Part shown: positions 1 through 17,545 of the stretch, piece after piece
How positions within the stretch are numbered: the first letter of the stretch is position 1
Layout: the number at the start of each line of letters is the position of its first letter
From: the human T2T-CHM13v2.0 reference genome, Homo sapiens
Reading direction: 5' to 3' (one strand)
DNA: 64,000 bases
Assembly (NCBI RefSeq): GCF_009914755.1
Contig: NC_060928.1
Program-made: the position numbers and the translations under genes
The notes under the pieces: model-generated
Databases searched by the model: none
What the model was told of the DNA's origin: nothing
Seen by the model: only the letters and a program-made list of their open reading frames with translations

Positions 1-104
1 TCTTGGCCTTCCCAGACTGCAGAGCTGTGAGGAAATAAATTTCTTTTCTCTATAAATAACCCAATGTCAGGTATTCTGTTATAACAGCACAAAACAGACT
101 AAGA
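1..104 (+). mobile_element. 3' end of a MaLR LTR (MST/MLT1A-like), cut by the window edge
   Basis: 'aaataaatttcttttc...caggtattctgttataacagcacaaaacagactaaga' is the typical MaLR LTR 3' terminus. Confidence 0.75.
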
Positions 105-702
105 AACTTCCCTTAATCAACAAGTTAAGTAATCTGAGGTACGTTTTGTGAATGATAAAGAAATCCTGATACTTTCTTATTGTTGGCCAGTCTTAAAAAC
201 AATGTGTGTTTTCCTAGTATTCACCAAATGTGACTAGCGCAGGTTTTTGTCGGTTTTTATGTTTGCTTTTGCTTTTGAGTATATTAGGGATTTTTGAATT
301 AAATCTATTTGCTGTGTTTTAAATAATTATCCTACGTATTTAAATTATTTTGTCATTGGCTAGTGGGACCCCATCAACCTGGCTCCTAAACCATTTCGAT
401 ATGATCTTAGGGTCTTTAATAACTTTCTTTCTTTTTGTCACGTGCTTTGATATCTACCATTTCTCCAAGGGTCTCTGTTTTTGTTTTGTTTGCTGTGTTT
501 TGCTTTTTAAATGAATATGGTCTTCAGAGACTACAATATATATATTAATCAATGCCACCAGACTAGGCATTATTTATAGGACTTAAGAGATTGAAAATAA
601 AAAATATTTGAAATGAGATGTGTATGTATGTTTTGTTAAGAAAAAAAAATGCACAAGTTAAACAAAAAATGAGGCTATATTCAAGCCTACTGAAATAGGG
701 AA

Positions 703-2508
<1,806 letters not shown>

Positions 2509-2944
2509 GGGAAAGAGATTGAATACAACTCTCCTAAACAAAGAGGAAGAGTTTTTAAGGGCTGAGGTGAGCTAGTGGAAAAGTACCAGAGGACATTAAA
2601 GGCAAAGTTGGTCAATGTCACTAGGAAATCTGAATTTTTAGCAAATTCAGATTAGTACTTATCAAAGTTATGCCCATGCTCCTACAGACTCTGGGAGATA
2701 GGGGTGCACTCTCTCTTGATGGTTACATTTCAAATGGATGGTTACCAGGTCTTTGAGGAAGATTCCTAGGTTATAAAACTTGCAAAAGGCTGGGAGATTT
2801 ACATCTCAAAGGTACAGAGAGAGAATTTACAACTGACAGTTTTCTGAAGTAAATATTCTAAGCAAAGGGATGAGTCTCTAGTCAGGAAGAAACCTAGCTA
2901 AGTTCAATCAAGCTAAGGAAAACATTAAGGCTGTCTTGGTCAAT

Positions 2945-2965
2945 ACACACACACACACACACACA
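2945..2965. repeat. (CA)n microsatellite
   Basis: Seen directly. Confidence 0.9.
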
Positions 2966-3359
2966 GGTGTGCACAAAAATACACCCACACACAATCACAT
3001 GTATGTGACATAATTTAATGACAACATACTAGATAAGTAGATTCTTCTAATTTCAGTGCAAATCTAGGACTATCAGGTTTTTACCTAGTCTCACTGATCT
3101 TATAAATATTATTTCCTTTTCCCTTCAATAAAAATCCTAGCTCTCAATAATACTACCATAATGACTCATTTTATTTTTCCAAAACTGCACATATACTGGC
3201 TGAGAATGAAATTTATAGAAGTATCTATAATTGCATGAATTTTTTTTAAAGTTGCTTGGAAATTCTTTTTGTTCTTAATTCATTTCGCATTAAGATATGC
3301 AGTTAGACTACTGTGTTTCAAAGTAACTTAGAAGAGTTTTTCTCTGTGGGGTACCAACA

Positions 3360-3520
3360 AGTGTAAAGTCTGCCAAGCAAGATGAATAAAGAATACACTC
3401 TAGAGATCTGCTGTACAACATTATGCCTACTGTCCACAATAACGTGAGGTACACTTAAAAATTTGTTACTGGGCAAATCTCATGTTGTATTCTTACCACA
3501 ATAATTAAAATAAAATAGAA
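3360..3520 (+). mobile_element. Old L1 (L1MA/L1MB-type) 3' end
   Basis: 'ctagagatctgctgtacaaca...tacacttaaaaatttgtta...tcttaccacaataa' followed by an A-rich tail. Confidence 0.65.
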
Positions 3521-5691
3521 TAAAGTTGATTTGTCTTAGTTTACTTTTTATTGTAGAAGATAACCATTTTAATGTCAAATATGTCCACTATTCCAAAGTC
3601 AAAACAATAAGTATATATTGAGAAAAGTTTAGTTTCTATGCCTGTCCCTCCCCTTATTATGCTTTCCCTTTATATAGAAATATTTCCCCCTCAATGTTAT
3701 GGTTTATCGTTCCATTTTTCTTTTGCATTCTATAAGTAACTATGTATACATATGTATGAGTACATATATCCATTTGCATAGTACTCGATTGTGTGAATAT
3801 AATAAAGTATATTAAATAAATCCCCTCTACTACCAAACATTTGGATATTTTTATTTGAGAGTGTACTTTCCTCACAGTATGTTTGAGTTCTATATATTCT
3901 CTCCATATATTTTTTAATACTAAGAAGCAGGGGTAGCCCAAAATAGTCTCCTTACTTTCATCATCCAGAGGTCCTGTTTTTACTGTTGCCTTTTCTAATG
4001 GTTAAAAATGTGAGCCTCTTCCCCTCCCCGACTTTACCTAACCCCTCTTTTCCTTTGTCCTTATTGTTCCTCTGCTGCTGGATTTGAACTTTATTCCCAG
4101 TGTTTTGTCCTCACTTCAGTGCTTTCTTGAAAAAGAGAGTTTCAATTGATTCATTTTAATACTTTTTAGAGCCACCAAATATTCCCTACTGTATTCCTGT
4201 TGTATCCTAGAAAAGCCCCTTCCTGTTTATGTGTTATTCTAAAACTGGCTTGCTGAGCTTTCTAGTCAGTAGCTTATGGTATTTTGAGTTTCTCCAGATT
4301 TTTAAAAAGTCACTTTTCTTTGGTTTCTTTCCTGTGGATTTCTTTTATAATTTTAAGAATATCAGAGTTAAATGTCTACAATACACATGGAGTTCTTATG
4401 TGACTCTGGTAATAGCATCATTGACATGGCATTAGGAGTTTACAAAATATTTCATCTCATTTCATTTTTATAACCCTAGTGGCTCAAACTGCATGTTCAA
4501 ATAGTTTAAGATATCTGCCATTGATGTCAAAGAAAGTTCGTATGTAGTAGAATGAGAATTGAAGGCAGCTTCCAACCTGGTAACAAAAGCATGCTCCACA
4601 CCACCGTGGTTTATAGCTACATCTTGGGTAGAATGGATGCAAACTATTCTGTCGAATTGATACAATTTCCTTATATTTTAGAAACTTAAGGGAACTAGCC
4701 CATGAATATCCTAAACCAGTAATGTTCATTATCTCAAATTATAGCTCAAAAAGCTCAAAAGTATATGTGAATGACAGAGCAAATCCCTATCACCATTGAG
4801 AACAGGTGATGGACTAAGTCTCCTGTCTCTCAGTCTACAATCCTATATGCTCTAATTAAATTGAAAACATCCCCCGAAGGAAACACTCAGTGAATTCTCT
4901 GCTGTTACACTTCACTCATTAAAATATTGTTCTTTTAAGTGAAAGAGCCAGTTACCTTTAGGGAAGACTGCCTTTCTGAATTCCAAAATACCTTTTCCTG
5001 CACTCTTTACTACCTAGCATAATATATGGAGAATAAAAATATATGAACCTCACTTCCTCATTCATTGGTTTGTAGTAATACTGAAGTAATTGCATATACC
5101 TTAGCATGCACTGGCAAGTTGGATGCTTAGGAATAAGAAGTTTATCCACATTTTCTCGATTGGTATCAAAGAGACATGGAAAAGCATGGATTGTTATGAA
5201 ATGGTTTCATTATTATGGAGTCTTATCTCTTAACCTTTGATACCATATCCTTGAATTGTGAGCCATAAGACAGCATTTTCAAATGTAACAGAAATAATTG
5301 CACATAAAATTAAAATACAGGTTGTAGGAATATAATATGGTAATATTTTGGGTGGTACATGTATCAACAAACTTGTTATACTGAGGGACCATGTACTGGA
5401 TCACTAGGCATGACTCCTAAAATATAGTCCTATATAGCTAGGAATTACAATTGTGGCTTTATTTTTTGGTCCAATCAGAAGACATAATTCACATGGTAGG
5501 TTAAACAGGGAAAGCTTAAAATAGAAATTATAAAGTATAATAAAAGGATAATTTGAGTATACAATAAAATTTTATATGATACTCTAAGACAAAAGAGAGT
5601 ACTCAGGAAAGGATAGGTTCAAAAGGTGTTCCCACTAGTTCCACGGAGACTGCAGTCCCACACAGGCCTCCCTGCTGCAGCTGGAGTGATG

Positions 5692-6186
5692 GCAGCATCA
5701 TTCACAATTGCCAAAGGGTAGAAACAACCTAAACATCTACACAAGGATGAATGAATAAATCAAATGTGATATATACACACAATAGAGTATGATTTAGACT
5801 TAAAAGGGAATGAAATTCTGATACATGCTGCAACATGGATTAACATTGAAAACATTATGCTAGCTGAAATAAGGAGTACACGCAAGAACAAATATTGTAT
5901 GATTTCACTTATCTGAAGTACCCAGGCTAGTCAAATCATAGAGACAGAAAGTAGACTGGCAGTTTCCAGGGACTGGGGGTCAGGAGGATAAGACAGGTCT
6001 TGTTTAATGGACACAGACTTTCAGTTTTAGAGGAGGAAAACATTCTGGAGATGGATGGTGGTGATAGTTATGCAAGAATGTGCATATAATTAATGCCAAT
6101 GAATTGGTACATAAAATAGTTAAAATGGTAAAGTTTATGCTATGTATATTTTATGACAATTTAAAAAAATAAAAGAAAGAAAAAAA
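5692..6186 (+). mobile_element. L1MB-type 3' end
   Basis: 'gaatgaaattctgatacatgctgcaacatggat...tctggagatggatggtggtgat...aaaatggtaaagtttatg' plus an A tail. Confidence 0.8.
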
Positions 6187-7723
6187 TACACAACTGTCCC
6201 TGGATACATCTGTTGAACAAAGAATGTCATCACTGTGCTTATAGAACCAGGTGGAAGGATGGGAACTATAAAGAATCTGTTTCTGTCTCTTCCCTCTTTC
6301 TTCTGTGAATTGTTCTACCTAATTGATATACCTATTTATGTTTCTATATCTAGTTTTGTTTTACTTTATTTTGTTTTTTAAAAAACACAAATGTTTTAAT
6401 GCACAATTCTAATTGTTGGGATGCGGATTATCATTCCTTTAGTTACTCTAGCTAATTAGGAGGTAATCTATAGGATATACTTTCATAAATTTATTTGTAC
6501 ATTTCCTCTAATTTTAGGGTTCCCATGTTAACAAAAAAGCCACTATATTTTTAGTATAATTATGTCTCAAGTATTTCATGAGACAGAATTATACTGAATT
6601 CCTAATTCCTTTTTGAAAGAAATTCAAATTTAACTGAGGGCCCTGTGTGTTATCTGACAACTCTATTTGGAATTCTCTTCATCTTTGCTTTCTTCCTGAC
6701 ATTTTACCTAAATTTCAAGGCTTAGCACAAATATTTCTTCTGTTCTTTGATCCTCTAGACAACGTAGATATGCTTCAAATTCTGAATTTACTTCATAGGC
6801 AGTGGGGAGTCAGTCTTGGATTAAAGACGAAATTCTAATATAGATGCTAAAAGATATTTTGTCTTTGCTCTAATTCAATTGATCTATAATTTACCATAAT
6901 ATTGCATTTGTCATTGCTAGTTATTGTCAAAAGGTATAAGTTCTAATCAATATGAAAATATTTAATATCTATATTAAGAATACAATACAGTCTATTTAAC
7001 ATAGAAAGAATAAAGAAGAAAATAAAAAGCATTAGCTAAGATACCTTAATATTTCTATCTGAAAATTTTTCAGGAGTACAGAAAGAACAAGAGTGTGAAG
7101 AGCAAAAATAACTATCTAGTAGTCTTTTAAATGAACAGGGTTTATTAGAATTGCATTGTTTCTTGTTATTTCTAATATTGGATTCCCCTCTGGAAAGTTC
7201 CCAAGAGGTTTGGCATTTACTAAAAATTAGTGAGGAGAAAATTGTCAGAAAATCTATAGTTGAAGCATAGAACACTTTTCCAGGTAAATATATTTTATCT
7301 CATTGGAGAGTCTGAAAAATCCTGGTACTTAAAGTTGTTTAAAAGAGGAATGGCAATGTTGCTTTGTACAATTTTATGTTACATATGAAAGAAAGGAAGT
7401 TGTTAAGAATTTGATGATGAGTATCAAGCATATCAAATATATGAGCACTATTAATTTTTTTAAAAAAACCTTTTTATGGACAGAAAAGAATAGGAAATTA
7501 AAAAGTAGTGATGGCTGAACCAGCAGACTTGCTAGACTCCAAAACCTCAAACATGCAATGGTATCCAGGAAAAAAGAACCAAACCACTTCCATTCCATTC
7601 TTGACGGAGAAATAAAGGTAGAAAATGCTCATAAAATCGAGAATTAACACTCTCCCCTCTCTGAATCCATAAAGACAGTATTTGAAAAAAAAAAAATAAA
7701 GGTAATAAAACTATCTGGGGCTG

Positions 7724-8211
7724 CAGTATAGTTTGAAATCAGGTAATGTGATTTCTCCAGATTTTTTTATTTTTGCTTAGTCTTGATTTGGCTATGTGGG
7801 CTCTTTTTTGGTTCCATATAAATGTTAGGATTTTTTTTTCTAGTTCTGTGAAGAATGATGGTGGTATTTTGATGGGAATTGCATTGAATTTGTAGATTGT
7901 TTTTGGCAGTACAGTCATTTTCACAATGTTGATTGTACCTATCCATGAACATGGGATATGTTTTCATTTGTTTGTATTGTCTATGATTTCTTTCAGCAGT
8001 GTTTTGTAGTTTTTCTTGTAGAGGTCCTTGGTAAGGTATATCCCTAAGTATTTTTTTGCAGCAATTGTAAAAGGGGTTGAATTCTTGGTCTGATTGCCAA
8101 CTTGGTTGCTGACGGTGTATAGGAGAGCTACTGATTTGTGTAGATTAATTTTGTTTCTGGAAATTTTGCTGAATTCTTCTATCAGGTCTAGGAGTTTTGG
8201 AGGAGTCTTTA
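7724..8211 (-). mobile_element. L1 (L1PB/L1MA-age) ORF2 fragment
   Basis: ORF 7739-7924 '[23 protein letters not shown]' is ORF2p-like. Confidence 0.85.
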
Positions 8212-8297
8212 GTACCTAACCATTTCTTAAGATGGCAAAAGAGCAGAGAGACAATCAGGCTGTGAAATCGCACTATCCTATCTGCAGAAATAGCATG

Positions 8298-8404
8298 GAT
8301 AGATTAGATAGATGATAGATATATAGATAGATAGATAGATAGATGATAGATAGATAGAGACATAGATAGAGGTAGAGACAGAGGCAGAGATAGAGATAGA
8401 GATA
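8298..8404. repeat. (GATA)n / GAGATA compound microsatellite
   Basis: Seen directly. Confidence 0.9.
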
Positions 8405-8765
8405 ATCTTTGGAATGAAATCACCTAGTCACAACTCTAATAGCTATAAAGGGGGGTACATGTCAGCCAGATTAAGATAACACTACCTCCAACGAACAGAT
8501 AATTTTGGAAAACAGAGTGCTGAAGCACGCGCACACGCGCGTGCACACACACACACACAGAGTAATTTATTAATACAAAGAAAACTAATATTTTAGAAGC
8601 TACTTCATCTAGAGTGAAATATACTGAATTACATTTCAACTATTATTTCCCATTGAGCAACACTGACTCTTGCCAATGCTTTAGCTAAGCCGAACCCCGT
8701 TTGAAAATAGCAACTACTTCCTAGCCTTAGAGAATGGCAGAAGAAATGTTCCTGACACACTATTA

Positions 8766-9083
<318 letters not shown>

Positions 9084-9204
9084 AAGAACCTGAAGTATTA
9101 TAATATGTGTGCCCTTTTCAAGCAGGTGTGTGCCAAATTTGCAAGTCTTTTAATTGCTCAACTCTATTGCTACCACTATAAGGAATGGTTAAAATCAATT
9201 TAGA

Positions 9205-9522
9205 TCTGCACTGTCCCACAGAAATAAAATGCATACCTCAAATATAAGCCATATATGTAATTTTAAATTTTCTTGTGGCAACGTTTAAAAATTAAAAACA
9301 AAAGTTAATTATATATCATATTTAATCTATCTGAAATATTATCATTTCAACATGTGATCAGAATGAAACTAACCAATGAAATATCATACATTCTCTTGAT
9401 TGCACTAAATTTTTGAAGTTGATTGTGTATTCTATACTTATAGCCAATCTCAAATCAGTATAGCCATCTTTTAAGTGCTCACGAGCCACAGGTGCTTAGT
9501 GAGTACCATATGAAAAAGTGAT
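9205..9522. mobile_element. MER33-like hAT-Charlie DNA transposon fossil
   Basis: 'gccatatatgtaattttaaattttct...attatcatttcaacatgt...aagtgctcacgagccacaggtg'. Confidence 0.65.
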
Positions 9523-9887
9523 GATTTAGATTTTTTAAATGGTAGTATATTTGTGCCAATGTTCAGAAATACTAAAGAAAGTAAAAGACAAAAAATGATT
9601 TTTCATTGCTCTTGAAATAAATCCTGTTTTGGTAATATGATGATCAAGGTTATTCATGCTCTGTCTCTCTTACATTTCCCTAGTTACTCTCAGTCTTTTT
9701 TTTCTGTTTTGGCCACTGATCCTTTTACAGGTTTTGGAACGCACCATACTTCTCCCCACCTTATAGATACACAGGGCACATGGTGCTTACTTTTCCTGAA
9801 ACAATTCATATCCACATTTTTTCCTTGCTTCCTACTCACCTCTCAATTTTCAATTCAGAAAATTTTTAGTTTAATAAAACTATGAGA

Positions 9888-10189
<302 letters not shown>

Positions 10190-10643
10190 AAAACTATGAA
10201 TACAGGGAGACATTAAGTCTCATATTTCATATTTTAAAGCAAAGTTTAAGTTTCCTTTATAATATCCAGAACACTAGTGATGTTTTAAAAATTAAGATTC
10301 TTTCCCACCACTTCTAAAAGCTTACAGAGACTATACATCATATGTAGAATAAACCCTAAATGGCTTATATTGTCTCCAAAATTGTATAATTTATACTCTG
10401 TCCCTGCCTTTCACACCTCATTTATCTACCACTTTGCCCATGCTTCCTTCATGCTAGCCTCCCAGATATTCTTTCTGTTCTAGTAATATGATTGGCCCTT
10501 TCCAGTCAATATGTGCTGCTCTTCTCTGTGCCAAAATGTTCTTGATCTAGTCCTTTTATATGCAATGAGGTAGCCACTAAGCCACTATTCAACTTCGAAA
10601 TTAAATTAATTAAAATTAAATAATTAGGTATTCATATTGCAAG

Positions 10644-10644
<1 letters not shown>

Positions 10645-10698
<54 letters not shown>
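10645..10698. repeat. (CA)n(TA)n microsatellite
   Basis: Seen directly. Confidence 0.9.
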
Positions 10699-12386
<1,688 letters not shown>

Positions 12387-12537
12387 AGATGTAAAAGCTC
12401 AAATACTTAGTCACATTGCCCTTGTTGTAAATGCCCAATTGCCACTTGTGGCTAATAACTAACAAATAACATCCAACAGAATAGTGTGAAAAACATTTCT
12501 ATCATAGACAGTTTAATTGAACAGCTCTGCTCTAGAC

Positions 12538-12759
12538 CAGAAATCAGCAAAGATTTTTTTCATAAAGAGCAGATAGTAAACATTCTTCAGTTTGCAAGCC
12601 GTACAAACTCTCTCACAATTATTCAACTCTTCAGTTTTAGCATTAAAGTAGCGATAGTCAATGTACATAAATGGGCAAAGCTGCGTTTCAATAAAACTGG
12701 GTTTACAAAACAGGTGGCAGGTTGGATTTGGCCCACAGGTTATAGTTTGTCATTCTCAG
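12538..12759. mobile_element. MER58A-like hAT-Charlie MITE
   Basis: 'cagatagtaaa...caataaaact...ggatttggcccacagg...tagtttg'. Degenerate 8-bp TSD CTCTAGAC / ATCTACAC. Confidence 0.75.
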
Positions 12760-13339
12760 ATCTACACATTTCTGTGACTAGTTTCTTAATGTTAAATTCT
12801 TTTCAATCAAAATTTACCGTGCTATTGAAGCCTTTACAGAACACTGTCTAAATTTTCCTTTCAAAGTTCTAATTATCTTAATTACTTTTAACCTCCACAT
12901 TCTATTTGATGTTCTTCATAATATTTATTAATACCTTTATTATTACCTTGATTTGCTATAATTATTTAAACTTCATTTTTATATTGTTTTTTTTTTCCTG
13001 TGCAATATAAGTCCAATAGAGACAGGACACAGTCTGTCTTTCATCATTTTGTCCCAGAGACATAGAATACATTGGCATGTTTCACCAATAAATCTTTGAT
13101 GAATGATGCTCAATATAATTATATTTAACTTATTATTGTTTCATCTGTTATATTATATATATTCCTCCATAAGACTGTAAGCATAACAAAGACAGAGATA
13201 AAAAATTTCCGTGTATCACTGAGGCCCAGATTTTAACAAAGGACTTGGTGCAAATACTATCTTTTCTCAATTATAAGACTCAATCTAATATAATATTCAA
13301 CATCAGTTAATTACACGTAATAGAAATAGAACACTAATA

Positions 13340-13659
13340 GAGTATTTCCCTCTTATTTAGAAAGGATACGTTTCAAGGCCCCTAGTGGATGCCTGAAACC
13401 CAGGAAAGTACCAAATCCTACATACGTTATTTTTCTTTTTGTATACAGTAATGAATGGGTAGTATGTACACCATGGATATGCTGGACGAAGGAATGATTC
13501 ACATCCTGGGCATAGTACAGATTTCACCACATGACATGCAAGTTAAAACTTATGAATTTATTAATTTATTAATTTTTTCATTTAATATTTTTGAATCTCA
13601 GTTGACGTTGGGTACCTAAAGCTGCAGAAAGCAAAACTGCAGATTAAGAGGAACTATTA
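13340..13659. mobile_element. MER44-like TcMar-Tigger MITE
   Basis: 'gtggatgcctgaaacc', 'ggatatgctggacgaaggaatgattcacatcc'; flanked by TA. Confidence 0.75.
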
Positions 13660-14406
13660 TACATTAAATGTACACATATCTATGAGATGCATTGTCTTTT
13701 AGAAACACAAAATGTGAATAAAGTGGTGGTTAAAGTAGAATAACAAATAAAGCATGTCTGTTTTATGTAATAGTAGTTATCAAAGTTTAATCATTTTTCT
13801 GCCACTGGGCATCTTTAGTGAAGCTTGTTGCTTTGTCTCTTTAATAACATTACAGGACATAGATAAATTGTTTTTAATTTGAAACAGTTGACCAACATAC
13901 ATACACATAGAAACTTCTGTTCTCATTTAAGTTTTCCCTCTGTTTGCATCCGTACGCATTATAGAAAACACAAAAGGAATTGCCCCAGTCTTTGTAGGAA
14001 CTGTATTTATTTAACATGTTTGTCCTCTCCCACTTTTTCATGCTAATTACAATAGCTTTTATGAAATAAATTTCTCTTTTATTTAAAACGGTAAAATATA
14101 TAGAGGAAGAAAGACACTAGTCTCTTCTCTTTCTTCCCTGATCAAAGGGTAGATCAACAAAATATGCTGTCAGTTACATAGGTAAGATCTCAGGTTTTTT
14201 CTGTCTTCTAGTAAATGTTAGGGATCCTTTGTTTTTTACAATACAGAGAAAACACTATATTTGAGTGAAAATGAATTTCAGGAATATTACAAATTTAAAT
14301 GTGTTCCTTCTCTGCTTTCAGGAGTATGCCATCTCTAGCAATTACTTTTGTTTTATGGGATTCTCTTTCTACCCTCAAATCCAGTTCAGTCACATTGTAT
14401 ATTGTA

Positions 14407-14724
<318 letters not shown>

Positions 14725-15020
14725 CCCTGTTCTCTTCTTTCTCTGTTGTTTTCATGTTTATTAACTTACAATCATGACTTGCCAATGCAAAATGTACATA
14801 GAAATGCCTTTTGGTTCAGATAAATATTGTACAATAGTATATTGCACTAAATATTTTTTCTACTCCACATTTTAAAATTAAGGTACAAGTTTCATACAGA
14901 AAGTTTCACCTTTTGCAGTGCACAGTTATGCAAATTTGCACAAATGTATACAGTCATCAAGTTGTCACCATAATCAAGATAAAGTCTAGTTTCATCACCT
15001 CAAATATTTGTTCTTTCCTT

Positions 15021-15550
15021 TATTAAAGAAAATTTTCACTGTACAGAGTGAAAAGAGACTTTATTCAAGATTGTTGCAATAGGGGTAAAGACTACTGCAT
15101 AGGAAGGAAAGATTGAACACAATTTCACTGAAACAAAAAGCAGAAAATTGTCTAAGAGCTGGAGTGAGCTAGTGGAAAAGTACTGAAGGACATTAGGGGG
15201 AAAGTTGGTCAATGAGGTTGATCAATGTGATTGGGCCATCTGTGTTTGCTAATTGGTACTCATGAAAGTTAGTCTCCTGCCCTCCCACAGGGACTGAAAT
15301 ATTGGAGCTCTATATTTCTTGCTGATTACATTTTAAAGAAATAGCTCCCAGGTCCTTGAGAAAGATATTCTAGGTTGTAAAAATGGCAACAGGCTGCTAG
15401 GAGAGGATTTACATCTCAAAAGGACAGAGAAAGAATTTACAACAGCAAGTTTTAAAAGTAAATGCTCTAAGAAAAAAGAGGCCTATAGTCAGGAAGAAAC
15501 CTGTCTAAGATTTAGTCAGGCTGAGGAGAATGTTATGGTCTTCTTGGTTA
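15021..15550 (-). mobile_element. MER67-like ERV1 solo LTR, uninterrupted
   Basis: Paralog of 634-2942. 4-bp TSD CCTT at 15017-15020 and 15551-15554. Confidence 0.78.
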
Positions 15551-16093
15551 CCTTTGTGTAATCAACTGTCTCTTTACTCCAGTCCTCCAGGAATCATTGA
15601 GCTGTTTTGTGTCTCAATAATTTTGTCTTCCCATGAATGGAATAGCAATGAAATCACATAGTCTATAGCCTTTGAATGTGCGCTTTAAACTTTGTATAAG
15701 GCATTTTAGAGGCATGCAGGCTGCCAGGTATATCAGTAGTTTATTCCTTTTTCATTCTTGGGTAAAATTCCGTTGCATAGATTTACTATATTGTGTTTTT
15801 ACATATCCCAGTTGAAGGACATTTGGGCTATTTCCAGATATAGGCAATTATAAATGAAGCTGCTTTAAATAATCACTTACATGTTTTTATGAGACCACAG
15901 ATTTTTATTTCCATTTAGAAACCATAGATTTTCATTTCCGTTGGGTAAATACCAAGGAATTAGATTGCTGGGTCATATAATATGTTTAACTTTATAAGAC
16001 ACAATCAAACTGTTTTTCAAAGTGCTTGTATGTTTTGCGTTTCTGTCAGCAATCTATTAGTTTTAGTTGCTATGCCTTCTTGAAAGGATTTAG

Positions 16094-16386
16094 TTTTTTT
16101 TTTTTTTTTTTTTTTTTTTGGGATGGAGTCTGGCTCTGTCACCCAGGCTGGAGTGCAGTGGAGTAACCTCTGACTCCCGGGTTCAAGTGATTATCCTGCC
16201 TCAGCCTCCCAAGTAGCTGAGATTACAGGTACCTGCCACCATGCCGGGCTAATTTTTTTTTTTTTAATTAAAGACAAGGTTTCACCATGTTGGCCAGGCT
16301 CACCTCGAACTCCTGATCTCAAGTGATGCGTCCACCTCAGCCTCCCGAAGTGCTGGGATTACAGTTGTATGCCACTGCACCCAACC
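16094..16386 (-). mobile_element. Older Alu (AluS/J) with a small internal deletion
   Basis: Antisense Alu. Degenerate TSD GA(T/C)TTAGT. Confidence 0.9.
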
Positions 16387-16709
16387 CTGACTTAGTATTT
16401 TTAACATTTTATTTTATTTTTCATCTTAGACACTTTAGTAAGTGTGTAGTGATAACTAATCATATAAATGTGCAGTTTTCTGTTGGCTAATGATGTTCAG
16501 CAAATTTTTATTTTGTTTAATAACCACTTCTTTTGTGAAGTGTCTCAGATGATTTTGCCAATTTTTATTAGGTTATTTGTTTTTTATTATTTATTTTTTA
16601 GTATTCCTTTTGTAATTTAAAAACAAGTCTTTTATTAGATTTCTAATTTCAAATATTTTTCCCTATTGTTACTTGTTTTTTTTTTAATTCTTTTAAGAAT
16701 ATCTTTCTG

Positions 16710-17545
16710 AGTGACATCACAGGATTACTAACTAGAAGCTACTGTAGCTCTTTCCACCACTGCCCCCAACAAAACAAAATACAAAACAATGAGTAAATAA
16801 CTGCTTTTCAACCAAAATAACATAAGGAGGGTACTGAAGAACAACAAAGAAGCAGCAGAAATTCTATAAAGCACAGAAACCCGGGATGGCCACATAGAGA
16901 AAGAAAGAAAACACCTTACCCCCGCCACCTCATCTCTCCAGTTAGGATTAGATCAGAACCAGAGAGACTTCTCCGTGAAGGAAAAATTTAAACGAAACTA
17001 TCTCAATAGCCCAAATCACCACTAGAGAATCCTCAAATCTTCACTACAGAAGACTCCTGGTGTTTTCACAGGCACTGAACCCAGCTGAGGGAGCTTTCTG
17101 TAGTTCACTTCCAGAGAAGGAGCCAATGCTCTACCCCATGCCCCCAGTGTGGTGCATGCTGCTATTGCTCTGCACCATCTTGGAATTTAAGCCACTGCTA
17201 GAATGTGTCCTGCCCCATGGGTGAGTAACCATTGCATCCTTCCATCCCTGAGGCTCAGCTTCCACTGCACCCAGTAACATACTATTTCTGAGGAGGTCTG
17301 CAGCTATGCCCTACACTCTAGGGCCGAGCTATCACTGAGTCACTTGATCCACCCATCCCATTTGCCCATGCACCTTCTCCTTGAGGTTCAGCTGAAGAGA
17401 CATGGCAGCTCAAACTACCAGAACAGTCACACCCACAGCACTACAGCTGAGTCAGCACTCTTCCCTTCAGGGGCTCAGGTCTTCTATAATAAACACCAGA
17501 GAAGTCAAATTCTGTTACTACAGCAAAGACACCCTTCTTACAAGA
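16710..17545 (+). mobile_element. Probable ancient L1 5'UTR fragment (L1M2/L1M3-type)
   Basis: Abrupt rise in GC, and the 'gtgacatca...' start resembles recalled L1M 5' ends. Not confirmed. Confidence 0.45.

Larger units (their letters stand above)
14870..16705 (-). mobile_element. Old L1 (L1MC/L1MD-type) 3' end, interrupted by a MER67-like LTR and an Alu
   Basis: 'gttgaaggacatttgggctatttccag', 'gggtaaataccaaggaattagattgctgggtcata'. Confidence 0.7.

Noticed and set aside
4440-4730. Possible host exon in non-repeat sequence
   Set aside because: Only short ORFs with no recognisable homology or convincing splice-site pair. Small or non-coding exons cannot be excluded by eye.
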